Source: Acidobacteriota bacterium (GTDB lineage Bacteria; Acidobacteriota; Thermoanaerobaculia; Multivoradales; UBA5704). From it: a DNA stretch of 64,000 nt. Under the pieces are notes generated by a model that saw only the letters and a program-made list of their open reading frames with translations, ran no database searches and had not been told where the DNA came from. The position numbers and the translations under genes are program-made. Positions 36,117 to 45,545 of the stretch are shown here, in pieces. Position 1 is the stretch's first letter. The number at the start of each line of letters is the position of its first letter. The DNA lies in NCBI GenBank assembly GCA_040005235.1, contig JBDTZG010000001.1, positions 64,001 through 128,000 of the forward strand. Reading direction: 5' to 3'.

Positions 36117-38648
36117 ATGCGTCCCATTCGCGTACTCCTCGCCGTGCCCGTGTTGGCGGCCTCGCTGCTGTTCGGCTTTGCCGGAATCGCATGGCCTGAG
36201 TCCGGCGCACCGTCCGAGGGGCCGAAAGATCCCGTCTACGCGGCGCTCCGCGCGGCCAAGCCCGACGGCCGGACGCTGGCCGTCACTAACCTGGTGCTCG
36301 AACGCGACGTGTTCCGATTCGAATTCGCGAGCGGCACGTTTCATTTTCTCGCCCCGGTAGAGGGCCGGACGATCGGCGCGGTCTTCCTCGGCCAGGGGAC
36401 GTTCCGGCTGACCCCCGCCACTCCCGGCGAGCGGCGCCGGCTGGCTCTCGACTCGGGCGGCGATCCGAAGACGTTCGAGACGCTCACCGACAGCTTCACC
36501 CGGCTGGTCCTGCTGTTCGGCGACGACACCGCGGCGGAGCTGCAGTTGGCGGCGCCGATCCAAACCGGCACCCCCAACCGCGAGGCGCTCGACGCGTGGG
36601 AAGCGCACATGAAGCGGGAGAGGAAGGACTACCACGTCAATTTCCACCTGCGCATCCTCGCCGACCTGCTCGACGTCCCCGGCCTGACCAGCGGTGCGTT
36701 CCTGGCATTTTTGGAGGGGCAGAAGATCGGCCCGGCACTCGCCGCGGTCGATCCCCGCGGGGCGGAAGCGCTCGGGGTGGGCGCGGGCGGCAAGGAAGAC
36801 GCGATGCTCTACGTCGTCGACGAGACCAAGGGGGGCTCCTGGTACGAATCGGAGAGCGCCGCCGAGATCAAGGGCGGACGGCGAACCTCGCTCTGGCGCT
36901 CGACCGACGCCACCCACTACGACGTGGAAACGGCGGTCGCCCGGGACGAGGACGTCGCCGGCACCACGACGATTCATTTTCAGGTGACCACGGCGAAGCT
37001 CCGCGTGCTGCCGGTCAACCTTCAGCCGGAGCTGCGCCTCCGCTCGGCGCGCTTTGCGCCCGAAGGGGAGGAGCGCTGGACCGCCCTACCGTTCGTCCAG
37101 GAAACCGAGAAGGAAGACGCCAATAGCGCCGTGATCTTCCCGCGCACGCTCTCCAAGGGAGAAAAGATCCGGCTGGAGCTGGCCTACGCCGGAGACAAAG
37201 TGCTGATCGACATGGGCGAGAAGAACTACGCCGTCCTCTCGCGGGTCGGCTGGTACCCGAACCTCGGCTTCTTCACCGATCCGGCGACTTTCACGCTCAC
37301 CTACCGGGTGCCGGTAGGCAACGAGATCATCTCGGTGGGCAACCCGGTCGAGACGCGGACGGAAGGTAAGCAGACGGTCTCGATCTGGAAGGCGGAGACG
37401 CCGATCCAGGTTGCCGGCTTCAACTACGGCAAATTCAAGAAGCACTCGAAGAAGGACGAGATCTCCGGCATCGAGGTCGAGGTCTGGACCAACCCGGGCA
37501 CGCCGGACGTGGTGCGCTCGATCAACAACGCGCTCGACAGAATCTCGGACGGCGAGAACGACGAGATCGATCCGGATGGACTGCTCGGCCCCGGCACCCG
37601 ATTCGGCGAGGGGATCGGCAATGTCAACACCGAGAAACTGGCCGATTCGGCGCTCGCCGACGGATTGAACTCCGCCCGGCTGTTCACCACCTATTTCGGG
37701 CCGATCCCGGCGACCCGGGTGGCGATCACGCAGCAATCCCAGTGGACGTTCGGCCAATCCTGGCCGGCGCTGATCTACATGCCGTACATGAGTTTTCTCA
37801 ACGGCACCCAGCGCCAGCGCGTGGGGCTGGGCGGCGCCAAGGATTTCGTCGCGTCGGTCGGCTATCACGAGTTCGCCCACCAGTGGTGGGGCCACCTGCT
37901 CGGCTGGGAGAGCTACCGCGACCAGTGGCTGTCGGAAGGCTTCGCCGAATTCTCCGCGGCCCTGGCCCTCCAGCACACGGCCGGCTGGGGCGCCTACGAC
38001 AAGTTCTGGCGCGAATCGAGGAAGCGGATCCTGGAGAAGACCCCCGGCAACGCCTTCGCGCCGTGGGAGGCCGGTGCGATCATCGACGGCTACCGCTCGG
38101 GCTCCTCGCGGGCGCCTTCGGCTCCTTTCTCCTTGATCTACGAGAAGGGAGGCTACGTCCTCCACATGCTACGCATGGCGATGTACGACGGTCGCTCGAA
38201 AGACCCAGACGCTCAGTTCATCGCAATGATGAAAGATTTCACCTCGACCTACGCGGGCAAGAACCCCTCGACCGCCGACTTCGCTGCGATCGTCGAAAAA
38301 CATCTGACACCCTCGTTGAACGCCACCCAGGACGGCAAGATCGCCTGGTTCTTCAACCAATGGCTCTACGGCAACGAGATGCCGAAGCTCACCTCCGACC
38401 TGAAGATCGAAGGCGCCGCCGACGGCGGTTGGCGCATCCACGGCACGATTACCCAGGCCGAAGTGGGGCCGGACTTCCGCACCCTCGTGCCGATCTATCT
38501 GGAGCTGGACAAAGGCCAGAACGTCCAAGCCGGCCTGCTCGCCATGGTCGGCTCGGCGACCAAGCCGGTCGACGTGGTGCTCAAACCGCCGAAGAAACCC
38601 CGCCGCGCGTTCGTCAACGCGCGCGGCGAGGTGTTGGCTCGGGATTGA
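36117..38648 (+). CDS. secreted M1-family aminopeptidase
   Basis: Signal peptide; HEFAHQWWG...WLSEGFAEF; YEKGGYVLHMLR. Confidence 0.9.
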   Translation: MRPIRVLLAVPVLAASLLFGFAGIAWPESGAPSEGPKDPVYAALRAAKPDGRTLAVTNLVLERDVFRFEFASGTFHFLAPVEGRTIGAVFLGQGTFRLTPATPGERRRLALDSGGDPKTFETLTDSFTRLVLLFGDDTAAELQLAAPIQTGTPNREALDAWEAHMKRERKDYHVNFHLRILADLLDVPGLTSGAFLAFLEGQKIGPALAAVDPRGAEALGVGAGGKEDAMLYVVDETKGGSWYESESAAEIKGGRRTSLWRSTDATHYDVETAVARDEDVAGTTTIHFQVTTAKLRVLPVNLQPELRLRSARFAPEGEERWTALPFVQETEKEDANSAVIFPRTLSKGEKIRLELAYAGDKVLIDMGEKNYAVLSRVGWYPNLGFFTDPATFTLTYRVPVGNEIISVGNPVETRTEGKQTVSIWKAETPIQVAGFNYGKFKKHSKKDEISGIEVEVWTNPGTPDVVRSINNALDRISDGENDEIDPDGLLGPGTRFGEGIGNVNTEKLADSALADGLNSARLFTTYFGPIPATRVAITQQSQWTFGQSWPALIYMPYMSFLNGTQRQRVGLGGAKDFVASVGYHEFAHQWWGHLLGWESYRDQWLSEGFAEFSAALALQHTAGWGAYDKFWRESRKRILEKTPGNAFAPWEAGAIIDGYRSGSSRAPSAPFSLIYEKGGYVLHMLRMAMYDGRSKDPDAQFIAMMKDFTSTYAGKNPSTADFAAIVEKHLTPSLNATQDGKIAWFFNQWLYGNEMPKLTSDLKIEGAADGGWRIHGTITQAEVGPDFRTLVPIYLELDKGQNVQAGLLAMVGSATKPVDVVLKPPKKPRRAFVNARGEVLARD

Positions 38649-38658
38649 TCACTCTCCC

Positions 38659-39693
38659 TTACGGGACGATGTAGGCTTCGAAGATCGCGTCCCAGTTGAG
38701 CGAGGAGCTGCCCGGCTTGGCCGAGTTGAACGAGTAGGCATAGACCTGCCAGTCGTTATCGGGGTCGGGGATGTTCCAGATCGAGACCCAACCCGAGTCG
38801 GGGGTGCCGGTGATGTCGATCAGGTTCACCACGTGGTCGAAGCGGAAGGTCAGGTCGGCCACGAGAGTTCCGTCCTCGCGGTAGCGCTTGTACGGATAGG
38901 TTTGGTCGCAGGTGCCGAGCGCCTGGCAGCGGGCCGACGGCCCTCCGGTCTGGTGGGTGTTCCAAGTGAAGATGACCATGCGGCTCTTGCCCGCGAGCGG
39001 CGTCGATCCGAACTGGCGCAGCTGAATGCGGTCGATCAGGGCGTTGGAATCGCCCGTGCATGGAGTGGTGCCCTTGACCAGCTGGTCGGCGCACTGGCGC
39101 GCCGAGGCGTCGATCTCCTCGCGTCGGCCAAAGCTGTAGAAGTCCCGCAGGAGCGGGTCGAGGGTCGCCGGCACCACTTCGAGCGGCACCATGGCGATGC
39201 CGTTGGCCGAGCCTTCGGACAGCCGGGTGTAGTAGATGTAGCCTTCGAGAAAGTTGACGAAAAGAAACGGGAAGGCAGCCTGCTCCGGATTGAGGCTGGT
39301 CGCCGCCGAGACGCCGTCGATGGTGACGAAGCCGTGGTAGAAGGCGCCGTCCGTGAGCTGGGTCTTGGTAGCCGTGGAGGCCAGGGAGATCAGGTCGCGC
39401 ATCGCGGCGCTCCAGGTCTGCGTCGGACTCAGCGTGACATTGCCTTGGAGTGTGGTGGCGACCCCGTCGATGTCCCAGACGTGGTAGTGGATCACTCGCG
39501 CCGTGTTGCTCTGGTTGTTCACCGCGAGCAGCGTGTCGTGCGGATTCACCCCAGAGTCGATGCCGGTCTCAAAAAACGGCACGATCAGCGAGGCGGAGGG
39601 CACGTGATCGGGAGTCCCGGGAATCGCCAGAAGCGCCGCGGGAATGGCGAGGACGGAGAGGAAGAGCGTAAGCAGAAGGGGAAGCTTGCGCAT
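38659..39693 (-). CDS. secreted hypothetical protein ('PSASLIVPFFE' family)
   Basis: GAAAGGAG RBS, signal peptide, beta-rich body with two Cys pairs. Confidence 0.8.
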   Translation of the reverse strand: MRKLPLLLTLFLSVLAIPAALLAIPGTPDHVPSASLIVPFFETGIDSGVNPHDTLLAVNNQSNTARVIHYHVWDIDGVATTLQGNVTLSPTQTWSAAMRDLISLASTATKTQLTDGAFYHGFVTIDGVSAATSLNPEQAAFPFLFVNFLEGYIYYTRLSEGSANGIAMVPLEVVPATLDPLLRDFYSFGRREEIDASARQCADQLVKGTTPCTGDSNALIDRIQLRQFGSTPLAGKSRMVIFTWNTHQTGGPSARCQALGTCDQTYPYKRYREDGTLVADLTFRFDHVVNLIDITGTPDSGWVSIWNIPDPDNDWQVYAYSFNSAKPGSSSLNWDAIFEAYIVP

Positions 39694-39805
39694 GAAGTCG
39701 TTTCTCCTTTCAGGGAGGTCGTTCAGGTTAGCCGGGCAACGGCGCTGCCGCCACCGGAAACTTTTGCCGGAGAAACCGGGCCGGAGGCGTGCCCTGGCTT
39801 ACCGG

Positions 39806-39821
39806 AGCAAGCGCGATGCCC
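39806..39821 (-). promoter_or_regulatory. candidate sigma54 (-24/-12) promoter
   Basis: Minus strand GGGCATCGCGCTTGCT = GG-N10-GC, resembling TGGCAC-N5-TTGC. Confidence 0.5.
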
Positions 39822-39824
39822 GGC

Positions 39825-40499
39825 TTATCGAATCTGCCGGTACAACCGGACCAGCCGCTCGGGCGACACCCCGAAGGCGAACAGCAGCCAGATCAGCCAG
39901 TTGGTGGCGATCGTCTTGGTGATTCCGCCCTCGACGAAGCGGCGAGCGGCGGTGACCGCCGGGCCGGGGAGCAGCGCCAGGCCATGAGCGCGGTTTAAGC
40001 GACCCGCGAAATCTAGGTCTTCGAGGATCGGCCAGTCGCGATAGCCGCCAAGCTGCTCGAACACATCGCGGCGGACGAACTGCGCCTGATCGCCGAGCGG
40101 GCGCTTGGTGATCCGGGTACGCAGGTTGACAATCCGGTTTCCCAACCTGAATAGCGGCCGGTCGGCGTCGAAGCGGACGAAGAACGCCCCGCCCGCGGCA
40201 CCGGCTTCGATCGCCCGTCTAATGGCGCCGCCGCTCCCTGGCGGAAGCACCGTGTCGGCATGAAGAAAGAGCAGAATGTCGGCGTTGGGGGCCGCCGCCG
40301 CGCCGCGGTTGAGCTGCACCCCTCGACCAGGAGATCCGATCACGACCGTCGCCCCCATTTCGCGCGCGATGTCGAGCGTAGCGTCGGTGCTGCCGCCGTC
40401 CGAGACGATCAGTTGATCGGCCTCGGCGCGCGCCCGGGCGAGGTAGGCGCGAACCGCGCGTTCCTCGTTCAAGGTCGGGACGACGATCGCGAGACGCAT
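39825..40499 (-). CDS. GT2 glycosyltransferase (TIGR04283-like)
   Basis: VPTLNEE, DGGSTD, GRGVQLNRGA, FLHADT, GDQAQFV, LED. Confidence 0.9.
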   Translation of the reverse strand: MRLAIVVPTLNEERAVRAYLARARAEADQLIVSDGGSTDATLDIAREMGATVVIGSPGRGVQLNRGAAAAPNADILLFLHADTVLPPGSGGAIRRAIEAGAAGGAFFVRFDADRPLFRLGNRIVNLRTRITKRPLGDQAQFVRRDVFEQLGGYRDWPILEDLDFAGRLNRAHGLALLPGPAVTAARRFVEGGITKTIATNWLIWLLFAFGVSPERLVRLYRQIR

Positions 40500-40604
40500 A
40501 GGGTTCAGGATGCCGAGGAATGTTAGCATGCGCCGCGCGCTCTCCTGGCGCGCAACTCCTTGATCCTACGCACGATGTCTCAACCTGGATGCGGAGACTC
40601 CCCG

Positions 40605-41096
40605 ATGGGATCGACCCCGTTTTCACATCTCGACGGCGACGGCGCGGCGCGCATGGTGGACGTCTCCGGCAAAGAGATCACCCGCCGCGTGGCCGAAGCC
40701 TCCTGCCGAGTGATCCTCTCGCCCGACACCGTGCGCGAGCTCTCCCGCCTGCCCAAGGGCGATGCCCTGGCAGTCGCCCGGCTCGCCGGCATCCAAGCCG
40801 CGAAGCGGACGGCCGAGCTGATCCCGCTCGCGCACCCGCTGCCGCTCGACCAGGTGGAGGTCGAGATCCGTTCGATCGAAACCGGAGTCGAGATCACGAG
40901 CCGCGTCGTCACGACCGCACGCACCGGCGCCGAAATGGAGGCGCTCACCGCCTGCGCGGTCGCGGCACTCGCGCTTTACGACATGGTGAAATCGGTAGAG
41001 AAGGGGGCCGTGGTCACCGACCTCCGCCTGGAGGCGAAAAGCGGCGGCAAGAGCGGCGACTTCGTTCGGGACGAATCCCGGCGAGAGGAAACGTAA
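40605..41096 (+). CDS. moaC: cyclic pyranopterin monophosphate synthase
   Basis: ARMVDVSGK, KGD, AGIQAAKRT..LIPLAHP, TGAEMEAL, LYDMVK, KSGGKSG. Confidence 0.96.
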   Translation: MGSTPFSHLDGDGAARMVDVSGKEITRRVAEASCRVILSPDTVRELSRLPKGDALAVARLAGIQAAKRTAELIPLAHPLPLDQVEVEIRSIETGVEITSRVVTTARTGAEMEALTACAVAALALYDMVKSVEKGAVVTDLRLEAKSGGKSGDFVRDESRREET

Positions 41097-42271
41097 TGAG
41101 CAAAGTCCTCAGCGGCCTCGACCGGCTGCTCGCCGATCCCGCGCGCCTCGCCGGCCGGCGCTTCGGCGTCCTCGCCCACGGCGCCTCGATCGACGCGCAC
41201 GCCCGGCCGATTCACCTGGCGCTCGCCGCCGCGGGCCATCCGGCGGCCAAGCTGTTCGGCCCGGAGCACGGCTTCTACGGTATCGAGCAGGACATGGTGG
41301 CCTCCGCCGGAGGGCTCGACCCGTGGACCGGTGCGCCGCTCGAATCGCTCTACGGAGATTCGGAGAGCACGCTCCGCCCAGACCCCTCGGCGTTCGCCGG
41401 CCTCGACCTGCTGATCGTCGACGTCCAAGACATCGGCTCGCGCTACTACACCTATGCCGCGACAGGAATCTGGGCCGCGGAAGCCGCGCGCAAAGCGGGC
41501 TGCGAAGTCTGGGTGCTCGATCGGCCGAACCCGCTCGGCGGAGAAGTCGTCGAAGGCAACCTCCTCGCCCCAGGTTTCGAATCGTTCGTCGGCGCGTTCC
41601 ATCTGCCGGTGCGCCACGGCCTCACGCTCGGCGAGCTGTTCCGGCTGCGGGCGCAAAGGGAGGGCGGGGAGCCGCAGGCGCAAGTCTGGACGATGGACGG
41701 CTGGCGCCGCGACATGGCCTGGGGCGAGACCGGTCTCCCCTGGATCGCCCCGTCGCCCAACATGCCGACTCCGGCCACCGCGATCGTCTACCCCGGCGGC
41801 TGCCTGATCGAAGCGACGGAGCTGTCCGAAGGGCGCGGCACCACGCGGCCGTTTCATCTGACCGGAGCCCCCGGCCTCGACCCGCTCGCGTTCGCCAGCG
41901 AGTTGGAGAAACGCGACCTGCCAGGAGTCCGTTTCGTGCCCACCTGGTTCAAGCCGCAGTTCCAGAAGCACCGGGGAGAGATCTGCGGCGGAATCGAAAT
42001 GGTGGTCGAAGACCCCGCGGCGTTTCGCTCCTACCGCACGGGCATCGAGATGCTCGACGTCGTCGCGAGATTGGGAGCGCTCACCTGGCGGACGGCGCCC
42101 TACGAATTCGTCGAGGACATCCCGGCGGTCGATCTGCTCACCGGCGGAACAGAGTGCCGGAAGGCGATCGAGCGCGGGGAGGGCCTCGACGAATGGATGG
42201 GCACGTTCGCAGCGGAGGAAGAGGCTTTTCGGGTGGAGCGGCGGGAGATCCTTCTCTACCCGGAGGGGTGA
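41096..42271 (+). CDS. namZ: exo-beta-N-acetylmuramidase NamZ (DUF1343)
   Basis: FGPEHG, SLYG, DVQDIGSRYYTY, LDRPNP, RHGLTLGE, PSPNMP, SEGRGTTRPF. Confidence 0.93.
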   Translation: MSKVLSGLDRLLADPARLAGRRFGVLAHGASIDAHARPIHLALAAAGHPAAKLFGPEHGFYGIEQDMVASAGGLDPWTGAPLESLYGDSESTLRPDPSAFAGLDLLIVDVQDIGSRYYTYAATGIWAAEAARKAGCEVWVLDRPNPLGGEVVEGNLLAPGFESFVGAFHLPVRHGLTLGELFRLRAQREGGEPQAQVWTMDGWRRDMAWGETGLPWIAPSPNMPTPATAIVYPGGCLIEATELSEGRGTTRPFHLTGAPGLDPLAFASELEKRDLPGVRFVPTWFKPQFQKHRGEICGGIEMVVEDPAAFRSYRTGIEMLDVVARLGALTWRTAPYEFVEDIPAVDLLTGGTECRKAIERGEGLDEWMGTFAAEEEAFRVERREILLYPEG

Positions 42272-44583
42272 TTTCGTCGGGGCGGTTCCTCCGGCCCAAA
42301 AATCTCGCCAACCTCGGCCGGGCTCATTTCCTGGGACCGCCGCCGTCTCGGCGGCGCGGGCGCCGAACGGTCTGTCACGGCACGTTCTTGCCGCACTCGC
42401 AGATCGGCGCGCTGCTGTTCGAGAAGGAGGACGACGGCTCTGGCGCTTCGGCCCAGGATCTCGTCCCTGCCGACCGGCTCGGCAATCTCCTCGCGAGCTA
42501 CCGCATCCCGCTCGTCTTGTTTGAAGCTTGCCGTAGCGCCACGGTGGGCAAAGCTGCCGTTTTCCGGTCGGTGGCACCGCGTCTGATCAAAGCGGGGGTG
42601 GGCAGCGTCCTGTCGATGAGCTACGCGGTCCACGTCGAAGCTGCGCGCCTGCTGCTCGACCGCTTCTATCGCGAGCAGGCGCGGGGAACCACGATTGGTC
42701 ACGCCGTCGCCGAGGCGAGGAAAGCGCTCTTATTGACTCGCGCTCGATGGATCGAGACAGGTCCGAACGGACGCCGGATCGATTTGCGCGATTGGTTCCT
42801 GCCTCACCTCTATCAGCGCGCGAACGACGACTCGCTCGTTCCTCCCGATGCGGCGGCGAAGAGGCCACTGCGGTTGTTCGATGTCTTCCTCTCTCACCAG
42901 TACAATGACCTGGCGCGAGTCGAAACGCTCGCCCGGGCGCTGATGGAGAAGCACGGCCTGCGGGTCTGGCTGGACAAGTGGCAGGTTGCCCCAGGAACGC
43001 TGCGGGACCTGTGCGAGGAAGGAATCCGCGCCAGCCGCTTCACGGTGGTCGCGGTCTCGGAAGATGCGCTCGGCTCCAACTGGGTGAAGTGGGAGGCGGC
43101 GAAGCACGCCGAGATCTACCCGCAGGGCGACCGGATGATCCCGATCAAGCTCGAGCCGCTCAACATGCCGCCGGAGTGGAACTCTCTCCTCTGGGTCGAT
43201 TTCACCGATCCGGCGAAAGATGTCGAACAGGCCGCCTATCTCGCCTCGCTGATCCGCACCGCCGACGCCGAAGACGCCCGCCGCCATCGCGGCTTTCGAA
43301 GCCCTCCGGGCCGCGGCGAGCCGGGGGCGTTCCCCCCGCCGCCCGCGTTCGGCTTCCAGGGTCGGGCGCTCGAGCTGTACGACCTCGAACGCTGCTTACG
43401 CACTTCGCGCGGCATCGTGCTCCACGCGATGGGCGGAATGGGAAAGACCGCGCTCGCAGCCGAGGCGGCCGACTGGTGGACACGTAGCGGCCTGTTTCGC
43501 GACGGTGCCTGCTTTCTCTCTTTCGAGCAGTTCGCGAGCGCCGACCGGGCGGTCCAGCTCTTCGGTTCGTATCTCGAAGGCCCGCGCTTCGAACAGCTCC
43601 CAGCCACCGAGCAACGCCGCCGGGCGATCGAGTTGCTGCGAGACAAGGAAGTGCTCTTCGTTTGGGACAACTTTGAGAGCGCGCTCCCACAGTTCGCGGA
43701 GGAAGTGGCCGGAGCGGCAAGCCCGTACACGGACGAGGAGCGCCTCCGCCTCGCCGAGTTGTTCCGAGATCTCACCGCCGGCCCAGGGAAGGGCCGCATT
43801 CTCGTCACCTGCCGCCCCGGAGAGACCGGATTACCCAACGCCGAGCGCTTCGAACTCTTCGGCCTCGCCCGCGCCGACAGCCTCTGGCTCCTTGCGAGCA
43901 TCGTTCAACGCGATGGCTTGACACTCGCCGATCCGCGCTTCGCCCGCGCGCGGCTCGATCCGCTGCTGGCCGATCTCGCCGACCATCCTCTCTCGCTGGA
44001 GCTGGTCGGCCCGCACCTCCGCACGCTTACTCCGGAAGCGATCCGGGCGGATTTCGGGACGCTGCTGGTTGAGGCCCGGCAAAAAGCTCACGAAGGGAGG
44101 AACGAGTCGCTCCTCGCGTCGCTGGAGTTCTCCAAGAAGCATTTGAGCCCGGCGGCCCGTGAAGCATTGCCCTGGCTAGGACTGCTCCACGGCGGGGTGT
44201 TCGAGCAACGGTTGCTCGACGTGAGCCAGCTCACCCCGGTAGAGTGGAAGCCGATCCGCCGCAAGCTTGAAGGGATCGCGCTTCTACGGGTGGTGGATGG
44301 CATCCAGGTCGCGGCGCGGAAGCGCGACGAGTTGCTCGAAGAGCTGAAGCGTCGCGCCGGAGGGAGCAGCACCAGCCTGCCACCCGCGACGCTGCGCGCC
44401 TTACAGGCCCTCACGATCGCCTGCGCTCAGGCGGGCAACGGGGAGGGTGCTCTCGGCCCTGCCGAGGAAGAGTCTCTGGCCCAGCTGGAGCAGGCCCCCG
44501 CGCCGAATCCTGCCTTCGCCGGGTTTCTTCGCGATGTCGCCGCGGGGCGGGTGCTGCGCGAGGAGCTGCACGGCGGCGCGTAA
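42268..44583 (+). pseudogene. truncated CHAT-TIR-STAND NTPase (NLR-like) gene
   Basis: CHAT HG...EACRS; TIR FDVFLSH...VWLDKW...SNWVKWE; NTPase FQGR..EL, GGMGKT, VWDNFE, LVTCR; no N-terminus and no TPR array. Confidence 0.75.
42331..42356 (+). repeat. REP-like palindrome
   Basis: CTGGGACCGCCGCCGTCTCGGCGGCG; related copies at 61916 and 28961. Confidence 0.55.
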
Positions 44584-44651
44584 CTTCCCCCGGCGCCAAC
44601 TGCCGCCGCCCTCCACGAGGGGAAGGACCTGCGCTCGACGTCGGTGCTTGC

Positions 44652-44678
44652 TGAAACGGGGGCGTCGCCGCCCCCGTT
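44652..44678 (-). terminator. hairpin terminator between convergent genes
   Basis: AACGGGGGCG-TCGC-CGCCCCCGTT. Confidence 0.55.
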
Positions 44679-44709
44679 CTCCAATCCGATCAGAAAAGAA
44701 GGTTTCGCC

Positions 44710-45372
44710 TCAGTGGCCGACGGTGATGATGTCTGCCGGGAAGCGCGGATCGATCTCGTAGTGGGTGTCGAACTGGCTGCTGAAGCCGGAAATCGAGACG
44801 AGCTGGTTGAGGGAGAGGGCGAACGCGTCGATCCCGGTCTGGGTATTGATGAAGATCTGCACCTCCCCCGAGCCGTCGTCGACCGCGAGCTTGTAGCCGT
44901 ACGGCAGATCGCTCGACGGCGCCTGGCTGACCCGGCCGATGACGCGGACGAGCCGCCCTTCGGTCGCTTCGCTGACCGCGGCGGTCTGCACCCAGACGGG
45001 GTGCACTGGCAAGGTGAGCCCAAGCAGGTGGACGTCGCTCGGATTGGCGGGCACGAGAATCAGCAGTCCGAAGCTGTCGGCGAGGACGCCGGTCACCCGG
45101 GCCCGGCGCAGGATGCCGACGTGAAGGTCGGTTTGCAGGCTGATGAAGATGCCAGCGTTGCCCTGCTGGAGGCCGAAGCCCTTGTCGAAGAAGCTCGACT
45201 CGAAAGCGTCCGAGGGGGTGCTGATCGTCCCCTCGACGGTGACGACGGTGCCGAGCGGTAGAGTTCGAGCGTGGGCGATCGTCGTCGTCACCGCGGCGGC
45301 CGGAGCCGCGACGGACAGGAGGGCGAAGAGGGCGAGGACGGACAACAGCACCGGTCGGGTGGCTCGGATCAT
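44710..45372 (-). CDS. secreted protein with two OB-fold-like domains
   Basis: Signal peptide; TIAHARTLPLGTVVTVEG, EGRLVRVIG, VDDGSGEV, YEIDPR...DI. Confidence 0.8.
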   Translation of the reverse strand: MIRATRPVLLSVLALFALLSVAAPAAAVTTTIAHARTLPLGTVVTVEGTISTPSDAFESSFFDKGFGLQQGNAGIFISLQTDLHVGILRRARVTGVLADSFGLLILVPANPSDVHLLGLTLPVHPVWVQTAAVSEATEGRLVRVIGRVSQAPSSDLPYGYKLAVDDGSGEVQIFINTQTGIDAFALSLNQLVSISGFSSQFDTHYEIDPRFPADIITVGH

Positions 45373-45545
45373 CGGGTTTGAACCTCTCTAGGAAAGTGGG
45401 GCGAGAAAAGAGATGCCCCCCGGCGCGTGTCGCCGGGCGGGTCGTGTGTACTGCGTTGCTATAAGAGTGGGTGCGAAAAGGTGGGGAAAGCGCGACAATT
45501 GGAAAGGCACCCATTCGCCCGTCGAGGCCGTGCTCGATCCGGCCG

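Noticed and set aside
34368-36977. 869-aa minus-strand ORF and similar long ORFs (4166..6253, 14080..15783, 27280..29031, 51342..53132)
   Set aside because: These are shadow or antisense frames of well-supported genes, as expected in high-GC DNA, and have no motifs.
39740-39800. c-di-GMP-I riboswitch suggested by GGCAAAA
   Set aside because: It lacks the GNRA-loop P2 and the GGACGCAAAGC/GGNCTAA elements.
41323-42267. N-terminal 315 aa of the 1086-aa ORF
   Set aside because: It is an Arg/Pro-rich alternative frame overlapping namZ. Recognisable domains begin only at about 42376.
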